From: Eledone cirrhosa
Lineage: Eukaryota
Length of the DNA: 64,000 nt
Direction of reading: 5' to 3'
Assembly (NCBI GenBank): GCA_964016885.1
Contig: CAXHJY010001551.1
Span: forward strand, 124,001-188,000
Shown: positions 25,200 to 39,100 of the stretch, piece after piece
Numbering within the stretch: the stretch's first letter is position 1
How the letters are laid out: every line of letters starts with the position of its first letter
Made by a program: the position numbers and the translations under genes
The notes under the pieces: generated by a model
The model's database searches: none
Seen by the model: the letters and a program-made list of their open reading frames with translations, nothing else
What the model was told of the DNA's origin: nothing

Positions 25200-28100
25200 A
25201 GCTAAGCTAAGCTATCCTAAGCTAAGCTAAGCTAAGCTATCCTAAGCTAAGCTAAGCTAAGCTATCCTAAGCTATCCTAAGCTAAGCTATCCTAAGCTAT
25301 CCTAAGCTAAGCTATCCTAAGCTATGCTAAGCTAAGCTATCCTAAGCTAAGCTATCCTAAGCTATCCTAAGCTAAGCTATCCTAAGCTATCCTAAGCTAA
25401 GCTAAGCTATCCTAAGCTAAGCTAAGCTAAGCTAAGCTATCCTAAGCTAAGCTATGCTAAGCTAAGCTATCCTAAGCTAAGCTAAGCTAAGCTATCCTAA
25501 GCTAAGCTAAGCTAAGCTATCCTAAGCTAAGCTAAGCTATCCTAAGCTAAGCTAAGCTAAGCTATCCTAAGCTAAGCTAAGCTATCCTAAGCTAAGCTAA
25601 GCTAAGCTAAGCTAAGCTATCCTAAGCTAAGCTAAGCTAAGCTATCCTAAGCTAAGCTAAGCTAAGCTATCCTAAGCTAAGCTAAGCTATCCTAAGCTAA
25701 GCTAAGCTATCCTAAGCTAAGCTAAGCTAAGCTATCCTAAGCTAAGCTAAGCTAAGCTATCCTAAGCTAAGCTAAGCTAAGCTATCCTAAGCTAAGCTAA
25801 GCTAAGCTATCCTAAGCTAAGCTAAGCTATCCTAAGCTAAGCTAAGCTATCCTAAGCTAAGCTAAGCTAAGCTATCCTAAGCTAAGCTAAGCTAAGCTAT
25901 CCTAAGCTATCCTAAGCTAAGCAATCCTAAGCTAAGCTAAGCTGAGCTATCCTAAGCTAAGCTAAGCTATCCGAAGCTAAGCTAAGCTAAGCTATCCTAA
26001 GCTAAGCTATCCTAAGCTATCCTAAGCTAAGCTATCCTAAGCTAAGCTATCCTAAGCTAAGCTATCCTAAGCTATCCTAAGCTAAGCTATCCTAAGCTAA
26101 GCTAAGCTAAGCTATCCTAAGCTAAGCTAAGCTAAGCTATCATAAGCTAAGCTAAGCTATCCTAAGCTAAGCTAAGCTAAGCTATCCTAAGCTAAGCTAA
26201 GCTAAGTTATCCTAAGCTAAGCTAAGCTAAGCTATCCTAAGCTATCCTAAGCTAAGCTATCCTAAGCTAAGCTATCCTAAGCTATCCTAAGCTAAGCTAA
26301 GCTAAGCTATCCTAAGCTAAGCTAAGCTAAGCTATCCTAAGCTAAGCTAAGCTAAGCTAAGCTAAGCTATCCTACGCTAAGCTAAGCTATCCTAAGCTAA
26401 GCTAAGCTAAGCTATCCTAAGCTAAGCTAAGCTAAGCTCTCCTAAGCTAAGCTAAGCTAAGCTAAGCTATCCTAAGCTAAGCTAAGCTATCCTAAGCTAA
26501 GCTAAGCTAAGCTATCCTAAGCTAAGCTAAGCTATCCTAAGCTAAGCTAAGCTAAGCTATCCTAAGCTAAGCTAAGCTAAGCTATCCTAAGCTAAGCTAA
26601 GCTATCCTAAGCTAAGCTAAGCTAAGCTATCCTAAGCTAAGCTAAGCTATCCTAAGCTATCCTAAGCTATCCTAAGCTAAGCTAAGCTAAGCTATCCTAA
26701 GCTAAGCTATCCTAAGCTATCCTAAGCTAAGCTAAGCTAAGCTAACCTAAGCTAAGCTATCCTAAGCTAAGCTATCCTAAGCTAAGCTATCCTAAGCTAA
26801 GCTAAGCTAAGCTATCCTAAGCTAAGCTAAGCTATCCTAAGCTAAGCTAAGCTAAGCTATCCTAAGCTAAGCTAAGCTAAGCTATCCTAAGCTAAGCTAT
26901 CCTAAGCTATCCTAAGCTAAGCTATCCTAAGCTATCCTAAGCTAAGCTATCCTAAGCTATCCTAAGCTAAGCTAAGCTAAGCTATCCTAAGCTAAGCTAA
27001 GCTAAGCTATCCTAAGCTAAGCTAAGCTAAGCTATCCTAAGCTATCCTAAGCTAAGCTATCCTAAGCTAAGCTATCCTAAGCTAAGCTATCCTAAGCTAT
27101 GCTAAGCTAAGCTATCCTAAGCTAAGCTATCCTAAGCTATTCTAAGCTAAGCTATCCTAAGCTATCCTAAGCTAAGCTAAGCTATCCTAAGCTAAGCTAA
27201 GCTAAGCTAAGCTATCCTAAGCTAAGCTATGCTAAGCTAAGCTATCCTAAGCTAAGCTAAGCTAAGCTATCCTAAGCTAAGCTAAGCTAAGCTATCCTAA
27301 GCTAAGCTAAGCTATCCTAAGCTAAGCTAAGCTAAGCTATCCTAAGCTAAGCTAAGCTATCCTAAGCTAAGCTAAGCTAAGCTAAGCTATCCTAAGCTAA
27401 GCTAAGCTAAGCTATCCTAAGCTAAGCTAAGCTAAGCTATCCTAAGCTAAGCTAAGCTAAGCTATCCTAAGCTAAGCTAAGCTATCCTAAGCTAAGCTAA
27501 GCTAAGCTATCCTAAGCTAAGCTAAGCTATCCTAAGCTAAGCTAAGCTAAGCTATCCTAAGCTAAGCTAAGCTAAGCTATCCTAAGCTAAGCTAAGCTAT
27601 CCTAAGCTAAGCTAAGCTAAGCTATCCTAAGCTAAGCTAAGCTAAGCTATCCTAAGCTATCCTAAGCTAAGCAATCCTAAGCTAAGCTAAGCTGAGCTAT
27701 CCTAAGCTAAGCTAAGCTATCCGAAGCTAAGCTAAGCTAAGCTATCCTAAGCTAAGCTATCCTAAGCTATCCTAAGCTAAGCTATCCTAAGCTAAGCTAT
27801 ACTAAGCTATCCTAAGCTAAGCTATCCTAAGCTAAGCTAAGCTAAGCTATCCTAAGCTAAGCTAAGCTAAGCTATCATAAGCTAAGCTAAGCTATCCTAA
27901 GCTAAGCTAAGCTAAGCTATCCTAAGCTAAGCAAAGCTAAGTTATCCTAAGCTAAGCTAAGCTAAGCTATCCTAAGCTATCCTAAGCTAAGCTATCCTAA
28001 GCTAAGCTATCCTAAGGTAAGCTATCCTAAGCTATCCTAAGCTAAGCTATCCTAAGCTATCCTAAGCTAAGCTAAGCTAAGCTATCCTAAGCTAAGCTAA

Positions 28101-31100
28101 GCTAAGCTATCCTAAGCTAAGCTAAGCTAAGCTAAGCTAAGCTAAGCTAAGCTATCCTAAGCTAAGCTAAGCTATCCTAAGCTAAGCTAAGCTATCCTAA
28201 GCTAAGCTAAACTAAGCTCTCCTAAGCTAAGCTAAGCTAAGCTATCCTAAGCTTAGCTAAGCGATCCTAAGCTAAGCTAAGCTAAGCTATCCTAAGCTAA
28301 GCTAAGCTATCCTAAGCTAAGCTAAGCTAAGCTATCCTAAGCTAAGCTAAGCTAAGCTATCCTAAGCTAAGCTAAGCTAAGCTATCCTAAGCTAAGCTAA
28401 GCTAAGCTATCCTAAGCTAAGCTAAGCTATCCTAAGCTAAGCTAAGCTAAGCTATCCTAAGCTAAGCTAAGCTAAGCTATCCTAAGCTAAGCTAAGCTAA
28501 GCTATCCTAAGCTATCCTAAGCTATCCTAAGCTAAGCTAAGCTATCCTAAGCTAAGCTAAGCTAAGCTATCCTAAGCTAAGCTAAGCTATCCTAAGCTAA
28601 GCTAAGCTAAGCTATCCTAAGCTAAGCTAAGCTATCCTAAGCTAAGCTAAGCTAAGCTATCCTAAGCTAAGCTAAGCTATCCTAAGCTATCCTAAGCTAA
28701 GCTATCCTAAGCTAAGCTAAGCTAAGCTATCCTAAGCTAAGCTAAGCTAAGCTATCCTAAGCTAAGCTAAGCTAAGCTATCCTAAGCTAAGCTATCCTAA
28801 GCTAACCTAAGCTAAGCTAAGCTATCCTAAGCTAAGCTAAGCTATCCTAAGCTAAGCTAAGCTAAGCTATCCTAAGCTAAGCTAAGCTAAGCTATCCTAA
28901 GCTCTCCTAAGCTAAGCTATCCTAAGCTAAGCTAAGCTAAGCTATCCTAAGCTAAGCTAAGCTATCCTAAGCTAAGCTAAGCTAAGCTATCCTAAGCTAA
29001 GCTATCCTAAGCTATCCTAAGCTAAGCTAAGCTAAGCTATCCTAAGCTAAGCTATCCTAAGCTATCCTAAGCTAAGCTAAGCTAAGATAAGCTATCCTAA
29101 GCTAAGCTATCCTAAGCTAAGCTATCCTAAGCTATCCTAAGCTAAGCTATCCTAAGCTATCCTAAGCTAAGCTATCCTAAGCTAAGCTAAGCTAAGCTAT
29201 CCTAAGCTAAGCTAAGCTAAGCTATCCTAAGCTATCCTAAGCTAAGCTATCCTAAGCTATCCTAAGCTAAGCTATCCTAAGCTATGCTAAGCTAAGCTAT
29301 CCTAAGCTAAGCTATCCTAAGCTATCCTAAGCTAAGCTATCCTAAGCTATCCTAAGCTAAGCTAAGCTATCCTAAGCTAAGCTAAGCTAAGCTAAGCTAT
29401 CCTAAGCTAAGCTATGCTAAGCTAAGCTATCCTAAGCTAAGCTAAGCTAAGCTATCCTAAGCTAAGCTAAGCTAAGCTATCCTAAGCTAAGCTAAGCTAT
29501 CCTAAGCTAAGCTAAGCTAAGCTATCCTAAGCTAAGCTAAGCTATCCTAAGCTAAGCTAAGCTAAGCTAAGCTAAGCTATCCTAAGCTAAGCTAAGCTAA
29601 GCTATCCTAAGCTAAGCTAAGCTAAGCTATCCTAAGCTAAGCTAAGCTATCCTAAGCTAAGCTAAGCTATCCTAAGCTAAGCTAAGCTAAGCTATCCTAA
29701 GCTAAGCTAAGCTAAGCTATCCTAAGCTAAGCTAAGCTAAGCTATCCTAAGCTAAGCTAAGCTAAGCTATCCTAAGCTAAGCTAAGCTATCCTAAGCTAA
29801 GCTAAGCTATCCTAAGCTAAGCTAAGCTAAGCTATCCTAAGCTAAGCTAAGCTAAGCTATCCTAAGCTATCCTAAGCTAAGCAATCCTAAGCTAAGCTAA
29901 GCTGAGCTATCCTAAGCTAAGCTAAGCTATCCGAAGCTAAGCTAAGCTAAGCTATCCTAAGCTAAGCTATCCTAAGCTATCCTAAGCTAAGCTATCCTAA
30001 GCTAAGCTATCCTAAGCTAAGCTATCCTAAGCTATCCTAAGCTAAGCTATCCTAAGCTAAGCTAAGCTAAGCTATCCTAAGCTAAGCTAAGCTAAGCTAT
30101 CATAAGCTAAGCTAAGCTATCCTAAGCTAAGCTAAGCTAAGCTATCCTAAGCTAAGCTAAGCTAAGTTATCCTAAGCTAAGCTAAGCTAAGCTATCCTAA
30201 GCTATCCTAAGCTAAGCTATCCTAAGCTAAGCTATCCTAAGCTAAGCTATCCTAAGCTATCCTAAGCTAAGCTAAGCTAAGCTATCCTAAGCTAAGCTAA
30301 GCTAAGCTATCCTAAGCTAAGCTAAGCTAAGCTAAGCTAAGCTATCCTACGCTAAGCTAAGCTATCCTAAGCTAAGCTAAGCTAAGCTATCCTAAGCTAA
30401 GCTAAGCTAAGCTCTCCTAAGCTAAGCTAAGCTAAGCTAAGCTATCCTAAGCTAAGCTAAGCTATCCTAAGCTAAGCTAAGCTAAGCTATCCTAAGCTAA
30501 GCTAAGCTATCCTAAGCTAAGCTAAGCTAAGCTATCCTAAGCTAAGCTAAGCTAAGCTATCCTAAGCTAAGCTAAGCTATCCTAAGCTAAGCTAAGCTAA
30601 GCTATCCTAAGCTAAGCTAAGCTATCCTAAGCTATCCTAAGCTATCCTAAGCTAAGCTAAGCTAAGCTATCCTAAGCTAAGCTATCCTAAGCTATCCTAA
30701 GCTAAGCTAAGCTAAGCTAACCTAAGCTAAGCTATCCTAAGCTAAGCTATCCTAAGCTAAGCTATCCTAAGCTAAGCTAAGCTAAGCTATCCTAAGCTAA
30801 GCTAAGCTATCCTAAGCTAAGCTAAGCTAAGCTATCCTAAGCTAAGCTAAGCTAAGCTATCCTAAGCTAAGCTATCCTAAGCTATCCTAAGCTAAGCTAT
30901 CCTAAGCTATCCTAAGCTAAGCTATCCTAAGCTATCCTAAGCTAAGCTAAGCTAAGCTATCCTAAGCTAAGCTAAGCTAAGCTATCCTAAGCTAAGCTAA
31001 GCTAAGCTATCCTAAGCTATCCTAAGCTAAGCTATCCTAAGCTAAGCTATCCTAAGCTAAGCTATCCTAAGCTATGCTAAGCTAAGCTATCCTAAGCTAA

Positions 31101-33140
31101 GCTATCCTAAGCTATTCTAAGCTAAGCTATCCTAAGCTATCCTAAGCTAAGCTAAGCTATCCTAAGCTAAGCTAAGCTAAGCTAAGCTATCCTAAGCTAA
31201 GCTATGCTAAGCTAAGCTATCCTAAGCTAAGCTAAGCTAAGCTATCCTAAGCTAAGCTAAGCTAAGCTATCCTAAGCTAAGCTAAGCTATCCTAAGCTAA
31301 GCTAAGCTAAGCTATCCTAAGCTAAGCTAAGCTATCCTAAGCTAAGCTAAGCTAAGCTAAGCTATCCTAAGCTAAGCTAAGCTAAGCTATCCTAAGCTAA
31401 GCTAAGCTAAGCTATCCTAAGCTAAGCTAAGCTAAGCTATCCTAAGCTAAGCTAAGCTATCCTAAGCTAAGCTAAGCTAAGCTATCCTAAGCTAAGCTAA
31501 GCTATCCTAAGCTAAGCTAAGCTAAGCTATCCTAAGCTAAGCTAAGCTAAGCTATCCTAAGCTAAGCTAAGCTATCCTAAGCTAAGCTAAGCTAAGCTAT
31601 CCTAAGCTAAGCTAAGCTAAGCTATCCTAAGCTATCCTAAGCTAAGCAATCCTAAGCTAAGCTAAGCTGAGCTATCCTAAGCTAAGCTAAGCTATCCGAA
31701 GCTAAGCTAAGCTAAGCTATCCTAAGCTAAGCTATCCTAAGCTATCCTAAGCTAAGCTATCCTAAGCTAAGCTATACTAAGCTATCCTAAGCTAAGCTAT
31801 CCTAAGCTAAGCTAAGCTAAGCTATCCTAAGCTAAGCTAAGCTAAGCTATCATAAGCTAAGCTAAGCTATCCTAAGCTAAGCTAAGCTAAGCTATCCTAA
31901 GCTAAGCAAAGCTAAGTTATCCTAAGCTAAGCTAAGCTAAGCTATCCTAAGCTATCCTAAGCTAAGCTATCCTAAGCTAAGCTATCCTAAGGTAAGCTAT
32001 CCTAAGCTATCCTAAGCTAAGCTATCCTAAGCTATCCTAAGCTAAGCTAAGCTAAGCTATCCTAAGCTAAGCTAAGCTAAGCTATCCTAAGCTAAGCTAA
32101 GCTAAGCTAAGCTAAGCTAAGCTAAGCTATCCTAAGCTAAGCTAAGCTATCCTAAGCTAAGCTAAGCTATCCTAAGCTAAGCTAAACTAAGCTCTCCTAA
32201 GCTAAGCTAAGCTAAGCTATCCTAAGCTTAGCTAAGCGATCCTAAGCTAAGCTAAGCTAAGCTATCCTAAGCTAAGCTAAGCTATCCTAAGCTAAGCTAA
32301 GCTAAGCTATCCTAAGCTAAGCTAAGCTAAGCTATCCTAAGCTAAGCTAAGCTAAGCTATCCTAAGCTAAGCTAAGCTAAGCTATCCTAAGCTAAGCTAA
32401 GCTATCCTAAGCTAAGCTAAGCTAAGCTATCCTAAGCTAAGCTAAGCTAAGCTATCCTAAGCTAAGCTAAGCTAAGCTATCCTAAGCTATCCTAAGCTAT
32501 CCTAAGCTAAGCTAAGCTATCCTAAGCTAAGCTAAGCTAAGCTATCCTAAGCTAAGCTAAGCTATCCTAAGCTAAGCTAAGCTAAGCTATCCTAAGCTAA
32601 GCTAAGCTATCCTAAGCTAAGCTAAGCTAAGCTATCCTAAGCTAAGCTAAGCTATCCTAAGCTATCCTAAGCTAAGCTATCCTAAGCTAAGCTAAGCTAA
32701 GCTATCCTAAGCTAAGCTAAGCTAAGCTATCCTAAGCTAAGCTAAGCTAAGCTATCCTAAGCTAAGCTATCCTAAGCTAACCTAAGCTAAGCTAAGCTAT
32801 CCTAAGCTAAGCTAAGCTATCCTAAGCTAAGCTAAGCTAAGCTATCCTAAGCTAAGCTAAGCTAAGCTATCCTAAGCTCTCCTAAGCTAAGCTATCCTAA
32901 GCTAAGCTAAGCTAAGCTATCCTAAGCTAAGCTAAGCTATCCTAAGCTAAGCTAAGCTAAGCTATCCTAAGCTAAGCTATCCTAAGCTATCCTAAGCTAA
33001 GCTAAGCTAAGCTATCCTAAGCTAAGCTATCCTAAGCTATCCTAAGCTAAGCTAAGCTAAGATAAGCTATCCTAAGCTAAGCTATCCTAAGCTAAGCTAT
33101 CCTAAGCTATCCTAAGCTAAGCTATCCTAAGCTATCCTAA
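25200..33140 (+). repeat. Tandem duplication, unit ~3.96-3.98 kb
   Basis: CCGAAG 25971/29931 and 27721/31696; GCGAT 28261/32236; GATAA 29086/33061. Confidence 0.92.
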
Positions 33141-36100
33141 GCTAAGCTATCCTAAGCTATCCTAAGCTATCCTAAGCTAAGCTAAGCTAAGCTATCCTAA
33201 GCTAAGCTAAGCTAAGCTATCCTAAGCTAAGCTAAGCTAAGCTATCCTAAGCTATCCTAAGCTAAGCTAAGCTAAGCTATCCTAAGCTAAGCTATCCTAA
33301 GCTATCCTAAGCTAAGCTATCCTAAGCTAAGCTATCCTAAGCTAAGCTATCCTAAGCTATCCTAAGCTAAGCTATCCTAAGCTATCCTAAGCTAAGCTAA
33401 GCTATCCTAAGCTAAGCTAAGCTAAGCTATCCTAAGCTAAGCTAAGCTAAGCTTTCCTAAGCTATCCTAAGCTAAGCTATCCTAAGCTAAGCTATCCTAA
33501 GCTATCCTAAGCTAAGCTAAGCTAAGCTATCCTAAGCTAAGCTATCCTAAGCTAAGCTAAGCTAAGCTATCCTAAGCTAAGCTATCCTGTGCTAAGCTAA
33601 GCTAAGCTATCCTAAGCTAAGCTAAGCTAAGCTATCCTAAGCTAAGCTATCCTAAGCTAAGCTAAGCTAAGCTATCCTAAGCTAAGCTAAGCTATCCTAA
33701 GCTAAGCTAAGCTATCCTAAGCTAAGCTAAGCTAAGCTTTCCTAAACTAAGCTAAGCTATCCTAAGCTAAGCTAAGCGAAGCTATCCTAAGCTAATCTAA
33801 GCTAAGCTATCCTAAGCTAAGCTAAGCTAAGCTATCCTAAGCCAAGCTAAGCTAAGCTATCCTAAGCCAAGCTAAGCTAAGCTATCCTAAGCCAAGCTAA
33901 GCGAAGCTATCCTAAGCTAAGCTAAGCTAAGCTTTCCTAAGCTTAGCTAAGCTAAGCTATCCTAAGCTAAGCTAAGCTAAGCTATCCTAAGCTAAGCTAA
34001 GCTAAGCTATCCTAGGCTAAGCTAAGCTAAGCTATCCTAAGCTAAGCTATCCTAAGCTAAGCTAAGCTAAGCTATCCTAAGCTAAGCTAAGCTAAGCTAT
34101 CCTATGCTAAGCTAAGCTAAGCTATCCTAAGCTAAGCTAAGCTAAGCTATCCTAAGCTAAGCTAAGCTAAGCTATCCTAAGCTAAGCTAAGCTATCCTAA
34201 GCTAAGCTATCCTAAGCTAAGCTAAGCTAAGCTATCCTAAGCTAAGCTAAGCTAAGCTTTCCTAAGCTATCCTAAGCTAAGCTATCCTAAGCTAAGCTAA
34301 GCTAAGCTATCCTAAGCTAAGCTAAGCTATCCTAAGCTAAGCTAAGCTAAGCTATCCTAAGCTAAGCTATCCTAAGCTATCCTAAGCTAAGCTATCCTAA
34401 GCTATCCTAAGCTAAGCTATCCTAAGCTAAGCTATCCTAAGCTAAGCTATTCTAAGCTAAGCTAAGCTAAGCTATCCTAAGCTAAGCTTAGCTAAGCTAT
34501 CCTAAGCTAAGCTAAGCTAAGCTATCCTAAGCTAAGCTAAGCTAAGCTTTCCTAAGCTTAGCTAAGCTATCGGAAGCTATGCTAAGCTAATCTATCCTAA
34601 GCTAAGCTAAGCTAAGCTATCCTAAGCTATCCTAAGCTAAGCTATCCTAAGCTAATCTATCCTAAGCTATGCCAAGCTAAGCTATCCTAAGCTAAGCTAA
34701 GCTAAGCTATCCTAAGCTAAGCTAAGCTAAGCTATCCTAAGCTAAGCTAAGCTAAGCTATCCTAAGCTAAGCTAAGCTAAGCTATCCTAAGCTATCCTAA
34801 GCTAAGCAATCCTAAGCTAAGCTAAGCTGAGCTATCCTAAGCTAAGCTAAGCTATCCGAAGCTAAGCTAAGCTAAGCTATCCTAAGCTAAGCTATCCTAA
34901 GCTATCCTAAGCTAAGCTATCCTAAGCTAAGTTATACTAAGCTATCCTAAGCTAAGCTATCCTAAGCTAAGCTAAGCTAAGCTATCCTAAGCTAAGCTAA
35001 GCTAAGCTATCATAAGCTAAGCTAAGCTAAGTTATCCTAAGCTAAGCTAAGCTAAGCTATCCTAAGCTATCCTAAGCTAAGCTATCCTAAGCTAAGCTAT
35101 CCTAAGGTAAGCTATCCTAAGCTATCCTAAGCTAAGCTATCCTAAGCTATCCTAAGCTAAGCTAAGCTAAGCTATCCTAAGCTAAGCTAAGCTAAGCTAT
35201 CCTAAGCTATCCTAAGCTAAGCTATCCTAAGCTATCCTAAGCTAAGCTATCCTAAGCTATCCTAAGCTAAGCTAAGCTAAGCTATCCTAAGCTAAGCTAA
35301 GCTAAGCTATCCTAAGCTAAGCTAAGCTATCCAAAGCTATCCTAAGCTAAGCTATCCTAAGCTATCCTAAGCTAAGCTATCCTAAGCTATCCTAAGCTAA
35401 GCTATCCTAAGCTATCCTAAGCTAAGCTAAGCTAAGCTATCCTAAGCTAAGCTAAGCTAAGCTATCCTAAGCTAAGCTAAGCTATCCAAAGCTATCCTAA
35501 GCTAAGCTATCCTAAGCTATCCTAAGCTAAGCTATCCTAAGCTATCCTAAGCTAAGCTATCCTAAGCTAAGCTATCCTAAGCTATCCTAAGCTAAGCTAT
35601 CCTAAGCTATCCTAAGCTAAGCTAAGCTAAGCTATCCTAAGCTAAGCTAAGCTAAGCTATCCTAAGCTAAGCTATCCTAAGCTAAGCTAAGCTAAGCTAT
35701 CCTAAGCTATACTATGCTAAGCTATCCTAAGCTAAGCTATCCTAAGCTATCCTAAGCTAAGCTATCCTAAGCTATCCTAAGCTAAGCTATCCTAAGCTAT
35801 CCTAAGCTAAGCTAAGCTAAGCTATCCTAAGCTAAGCTAAGCTAAGCTATCCTAAGCTAAGCTAAGCTATCCTAAGCTAAACTAAGCTAAGCTATCCTAA
35901 GCTAAGCTAAGCTAAGTTATCCTAAGCTAAGCTAAGCTAAGCTATCCTAAGCTAAGCTAAGCTATCCTAAGCTAAGCTAAGCTAAGCTATCCTAAGCTAA
36001 GCTAAGCTAAGCTAAGCTAAGCTATCCTAAGCTAAGCTAAGCTAAGCTATCCTAAGCTAAGCTAAGCTAAGCTAAGCTATCCTAAGCTAAGCTAAGCTAT

Positions 36101-39100
36101 CCTAAGCTAAGCTAAGCTAAGCTATCCTAAGCTAAGCTAAGCTAAGCTATCCTAAGCTAAGCTAAGCTAAGCTATCCTAAGCTATCCTAAGCTAAGCTAA
36201 GCTAAGCTATCCTAAGCTAAGCTAAGCTAAGCTATCCTAAGCTATCCTAAGCTAAGCTATCCTAAGCTAAGCTATCCTAAGCTATCCTAAGCTAAGCTAT
36301 CCTAAGCTAAGCTAAGCTAAGCTATCCTAAGCTAAGCTATCCTAAGCTAAGCTATCCTAAGCTATCATAAGCTAAGCTATCCTAAGCTATCCTAAGCTAA
36401 GCTATCCTAAGCTATCCTAAGCTAAGCTATCCTAAGCTATCCTAAGCTAAGCTAAGCTAAGCTATCCTAAGCTAAGCTAAGCTAAGCTAAGCTATCCTAA
36501 GCTAAGCTAAGCTAAGCTATCCTAAGCTAAGCTAAGCTAAGCTATCCTAAGCTATCCTAAGCTAAGCTATCCTAAGCTAAGCTATCCTAAGCTATCCTAA
36601 GCTAAGCTATCCTAAGCTATCCTAAGCTAAGCTATCCTAAGCTAAGCTATCCTAAGCTAAGCTATCCTAAGCTATCCTAAGCTAAGCTATCCTAAGCTAT
36701 CCTAAGCTAAGCTAAGCTAAGCTATCCTAAGCTAAGCTAAGCTAAGCTATCCTAAGCTAAGCTAAGCTAAGCTTTCCTAAGCTATCCTAAGCTAAGCTAT
36801 CCTAAGCTAAGCTATCCTAAGCTATCCTAAGCTAAGCTATCCTAAGCTATCCTAAGCTAAGCTATCCTAAGCTATCCTAAGCTAAGCTATCCTAACATAA
36901 GCTATCCTAAGCTATCCTAAGCTAAGCTATCCTAAGCTATCCTAAGCTAAGCTATCCTAAGCTATCCTAAGCTAAGCTAAGCTAAGCTAAGCTAAGCTAT
37001 CCTAAGCTAAGCTAAGCTATCCTAAGCTATCCTAAGCTAAGCTATCCTAAGCTAAGCTAAGCTAAGCTATCCTAAGCTATCCTAAGCTAAGCTATCCTAA
37101 GCTATCCTAAGCTAAGCTATCCTAAGCTATCCTAAGCTAAGCTATCCTAAGCTATCCTAAGCTAAGCTAAGCTAAGCTATCCTAAGCTAAGCTAAGCTAA
37201 GCTATCCTAAGCTAAGCTAAGCTATCCAAAGCTATCCTAAGCTAAGCTATCCTAAGCTATCCTAAGCTAAGCTATCCTAAGCTATCCTAAGCTAAGCTAT
37301 CCTAAGCTAAGCTATCCTAAGCTATCCTAAGCTAAGCTATCCTAAGCTATCCTAAGCTAAGCTAAGCTAAGCTATCCTAAGCTAAGCTAAGCTAAGCTAT
37401 CCTAAGCTAAGCTATCCTAAGCTAAGCTAAGCTAAGCTATCCTAAGCTATACTATGCTAAGCTATCCTAAGCTAAGCTATCCTAAGCTATCCTAAGCTAA
37501 GCTATCCTAAGCTATCCTAAGCTAAGCTATCCTAAGCTATCCTAAGCTAAGCTAAGCTAAGCTATCCTAAGCTAAGCTAAGCTAAGCTATCCTAAGCTAA
37601 GCTAAGCTATCCTAAGCTAAACTAAGCTAAGCTATCCTAAGCTAAGCTAAGCTAAGTTATCCTAAGCTAAGCTAAGCTAAGCTATCCTAAGCTAAGCTAA
37701 GCTATCCTAAGCTAAGCTAAGCTAAGCTATCCTAAGCTAAGCTAAGCTAAGCTAAGCTAAGCTATCCTAAGCTAAGCTAAGCTAAGCTATCCTAAGCTAA
37801 GCTAAGCTAAGCTAAGCTATCCTAAGCTAAGCTAAGCTATCCTAAGCTAAGCTAAGCTAAGCTATCCTAAGCTAAGCTAAGCTAAGCTATCCTAAGCTAA
37901 GCTAAGCTAAGCTATCCTAAGCTATCCTAAGCTAAGCTAAGCTAAGCTATCCTAAGCTAAGCTAAGCTAAGCTATCCTAAGCTATCCTAAGCTAAGCTAT
38001 CCTAAGCTAAGCTATCCTAAGCTATCCTAAGCTAAGCTATCCTAAGCTAAGCTAAGCTAAGCTATCCTAAGCTAAGCTATCCTAAGCTAAGCTATCCTAA
38101 GCTATCATAAGCTAAGCTATCCTAAGCTATCCTAAGCTAAGCTATCCTAAGCTATCCTAAGCTAAGCTATCCTAAGCTATCCTAAGCTAAGCTAAGCTAA
38201 GCTATCCTAAGCTAAGCTAAGCTAAGCTAAGCTATCCTAAGCTAAGCTAAGCTAAGCTATCCTAAGCTAAGCTAAGCTAAGCTATCCTAAGCTATCCTAA
38301 GCTAAGCTATCCTAAGCTAAGCTATCCTAAGCTATCCTAAGCTAAGCTATCCTAAGCTATCCTAAGCTAAGCTATCCTAAGCTAAGCTATCCTAAGCTAA
38401 GCTATCCTAAGCTATCCTAAGCTAAGCTATCCTAAGCTATCCTAAGCTAAGCTAAGCTAAGCTATCCTAAGCTAAGCTAAGCTAAGCTATCCTAAGCTAA
38501 GCTAAGCTAAGCTTTCCTAAGCTATCCTAAGCTAAGCTATCCTAAGCTAAGCTATCCTAAGCTATCCTAAGCTAAGCTATCCTAAGCTATCCTAAGCTAA
38601 GCTATCCTAAGCTATCCTAAGCTAAGCTATCCTAACATAAGCTATCCTAAGCTATCCTAAGCTAAGCTATCCTAAGCTATCCTAAGCTAAGCTATCCTAA
38701 GCTATCCTAAGCTAAGCTAAGCTAAGCTATCCTAAACTAAGCTAAGCTATCCTAAGCTAAGCTAAGCTAAGCTATCCTAAGCTAAGCTAAGCTAAGCTAT
38801 CCTAAGCTAAGCTAAGCTAAGCTATCCTAAGCTAAGCTAAGCTAAGCTATCCTAAGCCAAGCTAAGCTAAGCTATCCTAAGCCAAGCTAAGCTAAGCTAT
38901 CCTAAGCTAAGCTAAGCTAAGCTATCCTAAGCTAAGCTAAGCTAAGCTATCCTAAGCTAAGCTAAGCTAAGCTATCCTAAGCTAAGCTAAGCTAAGCTAT
39001 CCTAAGCTAAGCTAAGCTAAGCTATCCTAAGCTAAGCTAAGCTAAGCTATCCTAAGCTAAGCTAAGCTAAGCTATCCTAAGCTAAGCTAAGCTAAGCTAT